Of a DNA stretch of 64,000 nt, positions 26,561 through 35,760 are shown piece after piece. Both the position numbers and the translations under genes were made by a program. The stretch comes from Octopus sinensis (Eukaryota). The notes under the pieces are model-generated. The model was given only the letters and a program-made list of their open reading frames with translations, had not been told where the DNA came from and made no database searches. Positions within the stretch are counted from its first letter, which is position 1. Each line of letters opens with the position of its first letter. Location of the stretch: assembly GCF_006345805.1 (NCBI RefSeq), contig NC_042999.1:125798001-125862000 (forward strand), given 5' to 3'.

Positions 26561-27087
26561 ATCTCTTGAATGTTTCATGGTTAAGCATATTTGCTGTTAT
26601 CGCCAGTCAACATGAAATTTGCAGAGGATGCCTTATATGTTAAAATAACTGAAGGTTGTTATGAAGTTAATGATGGACTCCCCCTTTGAAGACTATATGA
26701 GTATTCAGCTTTTGCTGAATGACCTGCACAAATGATTTGTTTATAGTGATCAAATTAATGTGCTATACATGAGCTGACTCCCTCTATTAAATCGACTTTG
26801 AACAGATGAATAGTGTACTACATGTCAGGTGTCAAAGTGATCGCAGAGCAACATGAGATGGTGTTTTGCTCAAGAACACAACACAGAACTCTGTCTAGGA
26901 ATTGAAATCACAATCTTGCGATTGTGAGTGCAACACTCTAACCACTAGGCTATGTGCCTTTACTACAAAGTTAATACATGTACATCAAATGTAATAACAC
27001 CTATGATGAACATACGAGTGTTGAAGTCGGGATGTATTTGTGTGATCATGTCTTATGTTTACATATCATTATTTGTCACCTTATTAG

Positions 27088-27263
27088 AACTTCTGCAGAG
27101 TATAAGTGAAGTTGGTCAAGATGCCACTAGCATATTTGCTCCTGTTAACAAAGCAAAGGATATGGAGAGAGTGGACACCCAGCACCCGTCGTATGGTATC
27201 AAGAGAGATCTTATCCGTCTTATTGGAAACATGGTTTATAGAAATAAGGCCAACCAAGACAAG
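27088..27263 (+). CDS. ATXN10: Ataxin-10 internal coding exon, start of the conserved C-terminal domain (human exon 9 equivalent)
   Basis: Acceptor ccttattAG (27086-27087), donor GTAAGT at 27264. 176 nt, phase 1 to 0. Encodes (K)LLQSISEVGQDATSIFAPVNKAKDMERVDTQHPSYGIKRDLIRLIGNMVYRNKANQDK, matching the ATXN10 signature GFKSHLIRLIGNLCYKNKDNQDK. Confidence 0.95.
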
Positions 27264-27574
27264 GTAAGTCCTGGAATTAAATAATGATTTGTGTTCCAAT
27301 GGTTTATAGAAGACAGATTACAGATACTGTTTAAGCCCCTGGACAACCTTATCTAAGCAGACTTATGAACAAAGACTTTTGAACTCAAACCATTTTGTCT
27401 GTTTATTTTCAGATGTTTCAAATTTATCACCATGCTAACTGATGTGTGTTGTCTTTTTTTTTAAGTGGTAGCATGTGATTTGATGGATATTTGGATGCTT
27501 TTTCTAACAGGTTTTATGATCACATAGAGCTACCTTTGTTGGCTTCTACAATTTAGCAGTTTTGTGATGAAGGT

Positions 27575-28070
27575 ACTGCAAGGTGGTGCATTGTTAGAGC
27601 TTTGGAAAAATACCTTGCAGTATTTGTTCTAGTTCTTGATGTTCTGAGTTCAAATCCTACTGAAGTCAACTTTCCCTTTCACTCTTCTGGAGTTGATAGA
27701 ACAAATACAAATATTGGGGTTTATGTAATCAACTGTTCCTTCTCTTCAAATTTCTGGTCTTATACTTATGTTTGCCTCTTATCTTCCTTGCAATCAATAA
27801 CATGAAATATCAATCAAGTATTGGGGTTGAACTAATAAAGCAGTTCACTTCCTTCAAAATTACCAGCCTTTTGACAAAATGAAATCATTAAAGGTGATTG
27901 ATTGGTGGAAGCATTAGCACATTGGATAAAATATCTGGTGATATTTGTTCTGGTACTTTACATTTTGAGTTCAAATCCTACTTCAGACAACTTTGCCTTT
28001 TATCATTTCAGCAGCAATAAAACTGCAATCAAGTACTGGGGATGATGGTATTGACTAACCCCCCACACAC
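27575..28070 (+). mobile_element. Two or more diverged tRNA-derived SINE family C copies (Nin/Deu-like domain)
   Basis: Repeated gttctgagttcaaatccta...caactttccctttca...gttgata motif, matching the better preserved copies at 59555-60760. Confidence 0.65.
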
Positions 28071-28578
28071 CATCCTCTCAAATTTGTTGGCCTTAATGTG
28101 CTATACATTATTATTATTATTATTGTTACCATTATTATTATTATTATCATTATTGAATGAGAGAGCAATGCATGCTATCAAAGTGATACTAGGGTACAAA
28201 TATATGAAGCCCAATATACCCATCATGACTACCTGTCTGATAAGAGTACACCAGGCATATGCATTGTGATCATATGTGTGTGACATGGTGATCTCATATC
28301 AAGATAAATAGTGCATGAACTTGCAGGTGGGGGTCCAATTAGAATTTTCTTCAGGTTGAGTTGCCCATCCTGTTCCAAAAGTTCATGAATAAGGTTTGTT
28401 TATGTATGATGAATGAAACACCCATGTTTCTGCAGGTGAATCATTCGAACCCCAAAGAATTCCATCCAGCGCACAAAATAATGGGGGGATGCTAGGAACG
28501 TGGTCTGAGTGTTAAGTGGGCAGCAGCCTGAAAAAGTTTGGGAACCACTGGTTTATGGTTTGTAAAATGTTACCTTTA

Positions 28579-28640
28579 TCTATAATAATAAAAGCGAAAT
28601 TCTGTCTGCCTGTATCTCAGTCTACATTTGCTCAACAGAG
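28579..28640 (+). mobile_element. Helitron-like 5' end fragment
   Basis: A^TCTATAATAATAAAAGcgaaattctgtctgcctgt start motif; no matching 3' end seen. Confidence 0.4.
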
Positions 28641-29152
28641 ACATACCCTTTTGGAATCAGGATGACTCTGGGATTGAAAGTGTGCCCTTCCTTTGTTTCT
28701 TGAACATCCAGCATTGAAATCTGATTTAAAAGCATTTCGGTTGCTATTTCTAGCAGGTAAAGTTTGGCTGATTCATGCCATCTTGGTTGGCATTTGTCAG
28801 ATGATGTCAGAGATCAAGGGGGAGATAAATGACATTTGCTTAATTGATTTTACATCAAAGTAAGAACTTTGGGACAAATTGACCAACAGTTGGAATTCAA
28901 CTTGGGACTGGAACAATAGAATGACTGCATTGCAAAATTCTTATTAGTCCTTAACCTCTGACCAGACACCACTTGGGCATATAGTCATAATAGACATATT
29001 ATAGTCATGCTATTTAGCTCACTTTAGTTTTGGGCAGCAGGAGTTAGCATAAAAGTCTGTATGGAGTGCAGTTTTTACACTGGTTTTTACACTGTTTTTT
29101 ACACTGGTTTTTAATAAAAAAAGCTGTTCTAAAATGTAGCTTTTACTTCTAG

Positions 29153-29216
29153 GTCAGAGAACTGAATGGAATCCCATTGATTTTGAACCAAACCAATATT
29201 GATGGTAGAAATCCTT
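29153..29216 (+). CDS. ATXN10: Ataxin-10 64-nt coding exon (human exon 10 equivalent)
   Basis: Acceptor ttttacttctAG (29151-29152). Encodes VRELNGIPLILNQTNIDGRNP (human VNELDGIPLILDNCNISDSNP). Phase 0 to 1, followed by U12 donor GTATCCTTT. Confidence 0.95.
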
Positions 29217-29417
29217 GTATCCTTTCATTTATTATTTATTTTACTTGTTATTTATAGCTTCATTTACGTCTTAATATCTTCATTAAAATTAATAGTTTTG
29301 TTCGTTTATTTAGAAATTTTTGTTTCTATTTTGTCCTTTTTATTATTTTTTTTCCTGTTGACCATTTTGAATAATATTTTGTAATCTGTCTTTGTTCCTT
29401 AACATCTTCACTCACAG
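29217..29417 (+). other. ATXN10: U12-type (minor spliceosome) GT-AG intron, 201 nt
   Basis: Donor GTATCCTTTC at 29217-29226; branch site TTCCTTAAC at 29395-29403; short spacer to CAG ending at 29417. Splicing joins T+TT into a Phe codon and keeps the ATXN10 frame. Confidence 0.93.
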
Positions 29418-29533
29418 TTATCACACAATGGTCTATTCTTGCCATTCATAATTTGTGTGAGGATAATGAAACCAATAAAGTTGCCGTTGCTTCGATAAGG
29501 CCTGAAGCACAATCAGTCAACAAAGTAACTTAG
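29418..29533 (+). CDS. ATXN10: Ataxin-10 C-terminal coding exon (human exon 11 equivalent); 3' end uncertain
   Basis: Encodes (F)ITQWSILAIHNLCEDNETNKVAVASIRPEAQSVNKVT* (human FLTQWVIYAIRNLTEDNSQNQ). In-frame TAG at 29531-29533; a possible donor GTAACT at 29525 is an alternative end. Confidence 0.88.
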
Positions 29534-29735
29534 TCCATTTCCAGAAAACTGCCTTTTTTTTTTATCTGCAATCATCTTTGCTGACACATTGCATTTCTCC
29601 ACTCACAATTTGAAAGCTCAATGCAAACTATATATACACTTATGCAAGTATACATACATATATATATATGCAAATATGCATGTATGTATATAATATATAT
29701 ATGCAAGTGTGTGTGTATATACATACATATATATA

Positions 29736-29778
<43 letters not shown>

Positions 29779-30106
29779 CATACATATATACACACACACA
29801 CATGTATGTAAAATTAAAGAAATAGGATTCATGCTTTCTAACTATCTCCTAACTCTCAATTTTCTTTTCTGTCATTCTTTCTCTCTCTGGATATTTATTA
29901 AAATTTATTGAATTGCTAAAGGCCATTATATCATTCCCTTAGTTTTTGAAAATTCATTGCAAAAAAAAAAAGAATTCTTTTTAATTTAATGTATTAGTAT
30001 TATCTTCTACTCATGATTGGTCTTATAAGGGTTAATCTCACTCTCCTTCATATTCCATCAAAGTTATATATATATATTAGAAGGTTTGGAGATGATGTAC
30101 AAGTAT

Positions 30107-30389
30107 TATATATTAGAAGAAATGAGGTACTCAGAAATCCGGATGGTTTTATATTTACAGACATTTATTAGTATGTTACATGTTTTTATACATCATATAT
30201 CATATAACTGCGCTTTCATCCATTCTAGTGGAATCTTCAAATTGAACTATCCAATTTTAAGACTCCACTAGAATGGACGAAAGCGCTAATATATGATATA
30301 TGATGTATAAAAGCATGTAACATATTAATAAATATCTGTAAATATAAAACCATCCGGATTTCTGAGTACCTCATTTCTTCTAATATATA
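30107..30389. mobile_element. Fold-back/MITE-like palindrome (~138-bp arms, 7-nt loop) in TA context
   Basis: Left arm 30107-30244 is the high-identity reverse complement of 30252-30389. The ORF track shows the same peptide on both strands (LEEMRYSEIRMVLYLQ...). Confidence 0.9.
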
Positions 30390-30452
30390 TATATATATAT
30401 TTATGTAAATAACTAGAAATGGCTCTGACAAAAGTAGCATTAATTTTTTTAG

Positions 30453-30491
30453 GTTGTTCAATTTTTCTCAACTGATCAGCAAACCAGTTGA
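30453..30491 (+). CDS. Possible alternative terminal ATXN10 exon (VVQFFSTDQQTS*)
   Basis: T-rich acceptor taatttttttAG at 30451-30452; a phase-0 join to the 29525 donor gives a short open frame and stop. No recognisable homology, so speculative. Confidence 0.2.
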   Translation, partial: VVQFFSTDQQTS

Positions 30492-32505
30492 AGAAACCTA
30501 TCAGTAACTTAGCTATAATGCCTACCGTAAACAGCTGTAAGCCAAATTTACACTAAAAAAAAAAAAAATGTAATGACCATTATTTAAAACAGTTTGATTT
30601 GGATTCTGTGTTACTTGAAATTTCAAAGGCCAGTGAAAATCTAAACCAAATTGTTTTGAACAATACATGTAACTCCCAATAAATGCATTGAGTGCCCATT
30701 CTTTCATTTGTCCACTCTCTCGTATGTATATACATAAAACTGTATTTCTGAAGTAAGGTATAAAAGGAAATATTGGCTGTTGTTACTAAGAATGTGATAC
30801 AGAAATCAAAAACACAGTATTTAGAAATGTGACTATTCGTACTAATAACATAAATACTTTGGGAATAGAGGAATTTACTAGTTTTATAAGTAGACAAAAT
30901 AAATTTTACTGATCATTTAGAAGAATAAAGTGGAAATCATCTAATATAAATATCTTATAGTGGTATGTATCCTCTTAGAGCTTTCATTCTTGTTTAAGGA
31001 CCACAAAATCTCTTTTGTTGGAATCTAATATATACAATATAGAGGTTTTCTCTTGTTTTTTTTTTTTGTCATGTTACTGCCTTAATGAAACTCAGTTTAT
31101 TTCTTCAAATTTATTTTTGTTTTTAACCCCCTGCCACACACATGTATCAGAAGCAGTATTAGGCTAAAATGGCCATCAGTGTATCATACTTAATGTCCAT
31201 AAGAGATTTTATCCTAAGATGAATACTGTAATAAGTTTACCTTTTTTTGCATTGTGTTTGCAAGTGTGATACAAGATATGAAGATGTGTGTAGTTTTTTT
31301 TTTCCAAATTGAAAAAGGGGATAAAATTTAAATTTAAAGAAAATATGAATTTAAGCTGGTTACTACTTTTTGAAAATGCTTTATTTCTTGGTTTTAGTGT
31401 TTTCAAATCTTGAAAAATTGTACTAACTTCAAAATATATGTGTCTGTCTCATCCACTTCTAAATTACAAAAATTAAAATTTTATCAGTAGTTATGTATGT
31501 GTGCCTGTGTGCATACATATGATCTATGTATATGTGTGTGTGTGTATATATATCTATGTATAAACACTTGAATGCTTGTGAGTACATGTATACTCACACA
31601 CATTTATATTTATATGTGTGTTTAATATATATATATATACATACACATATACAGGCAGGCAAGCACCTCCTGCATGATGAAGTGTTGTATTCATAAGAAT
31701 CTTAATGTAATGAGTCAATGCAAAATCTATTTTCCTGTTAACTGTCATGTTTTACACAAATTAATGTGTAAAATAGGTTTCCTATTAGAGGAGGTATCAA
31801 ACTTTTCATGAATACAACTCTTCTATAACCAGTGTGTTTGTGTGTGTGTGTGTATGTGTGTTTTTGTACATGTATGAACATGTGTATTTTGTATTGGCCC
31901 AGTATGATTACTGCTGAATATCTGAAAACAATAAAAACAATATATGAGAGAGGAGGGAGAAAGAAGTGTGACTTAAAACAAAAGGCTTTAATCATTTTTA
32001 TCCAGTTTCCACAAATAGTGACACTGCAATACATATTAGAGTATTTTTTGTTTTTAAATATTCTTGAGCACCTATTTATAGCTCAGTAATACAGTTCATT
32101 ATTTTTTATTGTTCACTTTTTATAAGCTTGCTTTTGTAATTATATACAAATATTGTTGCACTTTTATACAAATAGCATTGAATTTAAGATCTGAGAAATT
32201 GTTTATATTTGAGGACACATATATTTCAGCAAAGTTTGTGCAATGCTCTCCTCTCTTCACTTTTTTAAAAATCCTATTGCTACCCAATGGGCTCCAAAAT
32301 ATGGATTGCTTATCTTTTTATATTTTATTCATGCTGTTTATCTTTATGAAAAACAATAACAAAATGGTAGTTGCATTTATAATGTGAGATGATAATTTGA
32401 CCAAAAAAGTATTCCATCCAAAATATTATGTAATCCATGTTTTCATTGTTTGTATTAGTTTTGTGTGTGTCTATTTACATACATATATACATACATGTAT
32501 GCATG

Positions 32506-32541
<36 letters not shown>

Positions 32542-32634
32542 TAAGTATACATTACATACATATATGTATATAAGTATGCATGTATATACAGACATTCATG
32601 TATGTATATACAAACATGTGTTTGCGTATGTATG

Positions 32635-32687
<53 letters not shown>

Positions 32688-34129
32688 TACCGAATGTAAA
32701 CAGTTCTGTTTCTGCTTTCTCAAATTTCTTTGTTTTTGTCATGTTACTAAGCATTTTCCCTTTTTTTTGTTCTTCATATATTATTGCACTCTCTTCCCCA
32801 TCTCACAACACCCCTGCACTCCAAGAAACCTGAGTCTTTCATTTTTTTTCTAATATTTAAAAATTAAATAAAAGAAAGAAAACACTTTTTTATGATCAAA
32901 ATGGAAAATATAAAAAAAATACCAGTAATCCGGCCAAATTAGTAGCTAAAAATAAAGTGTACCATCTATTTTATCGAATGTATTTGTTTATTAGTCATTT
33001 ACAACACTACTACTTGCAGTATTTAATAATTTTCAATAGCTATTATCATTATTTTCATAATAGTAATAGTAATATTAAACATATTATGAAGAATCACTTC
33101 TAAGCAAAGTATGTTTTAAGATTTAAAAAAAAAAAAAAAAAACCAAAAGAAAAAAAAACTACCCCTCAAAAATCCATAGAACTTTTTCAAGTTTTCAAAC
33201 CACTAGTCTGCAATACTGCAGACTAGTGATTTTGATTTTGTTTCGAAAGTGAGGTGAGTGTACAGCATTGATAAACAGCAAAAACTGTGAAATACTGTTA
33301 TTGCTGGTCTTGTCTTTCCTTCTGGGGCTAATTCATTTCATCTAGCTCTGAAAAATACTGTTTTTTAACACTATATATCTTTAAAGGGATCTTTCTTGAA
33401 TGAAAAACTACAGCTCCTGGCATTTAAACAACATACATACATTATGTTGTATTAATAATGTATTTCTAGTATCTTAACTGTTTAGGCCATTACTGTTGAC
33501 ATTGATGCTTTAATGATGTATTTTCTAGTCTGAGTAGCAGATGTTTTAATAGGTAAGAGTAATGATAGTACACCAGTGTTTGTTTAGATTATTAGTTAAC
33601 TTTAGAAGTCTCTGTACATAATTAATGAGACATATTGCATTTTTTGTGAACTAACAGTGATTTCTTGACTTATGCCATAAATAAATGAGCTTCATAATAA
33701 TAATAATAATAACCCTTTCTACTGTGGGCACAAGGCCTGACATGTTGGGAAAGGGGGCCAGCCCATTATCTTGTGCTGAATTGATGCTTATTTCATTAAG
33801 CCCAAAAAGATTAAAGGCAAAGTGAATCTCAGCACAATAATTTCTTTTATTGGCCAAAAGAACCCAAGACATTGCAGTAATATAAGGTTAAAATGCAAAA
33901 TACTGAAAAATAGCAAGAGGATTTATATTGAATGAAGAGGTACAATAAAGAACCACTAATATAATATGAAAGAATCTTTAAAATGGGAGCCAACCACGTA
34001 AAGTGATTTGGGTTGTTTACACAAAAGCCCTAGTTACTCTGACACACTAAAGGCAAGTGCCAGTTCTTGCCTTCAGTTTACAGCTTTGTAATTAAACCAG
34101 ATTTATTATACACAACAATTTCGTCACTC

Positions 34130-35060
34130 TCACTCACCTTTCATAAAGTTTTTTGGAGAGCAGCACCTCCCATCTTCATCCTCACCTGCCTTTTTCAAAT
34201 GGAACTTGAAGTTGATGAGGGTTTGGCTTGAGAAGAAGAGATCTGTCCTTAAATGTTGTAGCTGTGTCCACTGCATACCTTCTTTCCAGACAAAGAAAGG
34301 CTATTCTCTCTTCCTTGTCAAGCGAAGGCAGTGGGTTGATCTGCATGACGGACATGGCTGACAGCCAGATCTGACCCACACATAGCAGTTGTTTGACATA
34401 AACACACAGATCAGCAATGCATGAACACTGACCGTAAGGAAGCCAGATGGTTCCATTGTTTTGCTGCATTTTTGGTACATTCAGCTGCTGGTGGCTCAAG
34501 CATAGGCATATCTATAGAATTTATCCTAAACAGATAATGCTCCACCATAGCATTGAGAAGTCAAGGACTTTTAGAAATCATTCATACATAATCAAAGACC
34601 TGGTGTCCTCCAGAGTGTCTGGAAATTTCCAGATTTTAAATGCCCGACTTTGGTTTGCATTTGACCTAGGACTGCAGCTTGATCAAAGGGATGCCTTGCA
34701 GAAAGATATGTCTGGCATATGATGACCATATCTACTCATCAGTGTCATTAAGGAGTCTCTGGCAGATGTTGCAGCCTCTGCATGTCAACAGCTTTGGCAT
34801 ACTGAAAATCCTCTGACTAGTAGAACAAGCGCCTTTTAGGAAAAAACAAAACAAATCATTACATGCTCCAATGTGGTCAGATGTTTCATGGAACAAAGTG
34901 CAATGGTTAGAAAGTAGTGCATCACTGAAATGATGTTGATGGGCCACAATAGCTGATATTTCAAGGGCAGCTTCTTCTCCGCCCATTTTTGAGTGAGAAT
35001 GAAACACCCTGTTTGCAACTTCTTATGTTTTATCAACCTAGAGATCTGAATCAAATCAAA
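34130..35060 (-). pseudogene. RTE-clade LINE reverse-transcriptase relic
   Basis: Minus frames give FLKGACSTSQRIFSMPKLL.CR.CNICQRLL (cf. GFR.GRSTSDQIF.LRQ.LEKCREYNI..HLLF) and QGIPLIKL, with many stops and frameshifts. Confidence 0.65.
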
Positions 35061-35238
35061 AACCAAGCACTCAGTAATAATGCTTACACTGTCACTGCAA
35101 ACAGGACTAGGTTTCTTTTAGATTTCATTTTGACAAAAGTAAAATATTACTGATTACTGTATTGATTTGTTTTTGATACTTGTCATTAAAAACAGTGATA
35201 TATATAATTGTCTTGATTTGAAAAATGTTCTATCTTTC

Positions 35239-35530
35239 TATTATTCAGGTCGCTGTTTGGAATCAAACTCAGAATCTTGGGGTTAGTAGCCACGGCACAT
35301 GAAGTAGTGGTTAAGAGCGCGGGCTACTAACCCCAAGATTCCAAATTCGATTCCAGGCAGTGACCTGAATAATAATAATAATAATATAATATCGAAAAAT
35401 ACCTTAGGAATGAGAACCCAGATTCTAAATTTTCCCAAGGCACCTGATGAAGGCTGGAGGGTATATCAGCCGAAATGTTGTGTTAACAACAAATAAGATG
35501 AGGACAAATATCTATCAAATATAAATAATG
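35239..35530 (+). mobile_element. Composite element: inverted partial tRNA head + tRNA-like head + (AAT)n + Penelope-type hammerhead end
   Basis: 35239-35291 is the reverse complement of 35322-35374. Head tagtggttaagagcgcgggctactaacccc...attcgattcc has A/B-box-like motifs. Hammerhead at 35439-35484. Confidence 0.75.
35439..35484 (+). ncRNA. Minimal type-I hammerhead ribozyme motif
   Basis: Stem I GGCAC/GTGTT, core CTGATGA (35444-35450), stem II GGCTG/CAGCC with 10-nt loop, GAAA (35472-35475), near-palindromic 2-bp stem III ATGT, cleavage-site nucleotide T35479. Confidence 0.7.
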
Positions 35531-35547
35531 TAAATAATGAGGTAGTG

Positions 35548-35760
35548 AGCTAGCAGAATTGTTACTGTGCTGGACAGAATGTTTAGCAGCATTTCTTCTG
35601 GCTTTATGTTCTGAGTTCAGATGTTGCCAAGGTCAACTTTTGCCTTTGTTTCTTTTAGGGTTGATGAAATAGTACCCGTTAAGCACTGGGGTTAATGTAA
35701 TCGACAAGCCTCCTCCCCACAGATTTAGGCTTTGTGCCTATAGTAGAAAGAATTATTTTC
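35548..35760 (+). mobile_element. tRNA-derived SINE family C
   Basis: gtgagctagcagaattgttact...gttctgagttcag...caacttttgcctt...gttgatgaaatagtacc...gcactgggg. Confidence 0.75.

Noticed and set aside
26952-27284. 110-aa ORF as a stand-alone gene
   Set aside because: Only 27088-27263 is coding (ATXN10 exon); the remainder is SINE and intron read-through.
35303-35365. Functional tRNA gene (also 47150-47222 on the minus strand)
   Set aside because: No complete acceptor stem and both are embedded in repeat bodies; they are SINE heads.
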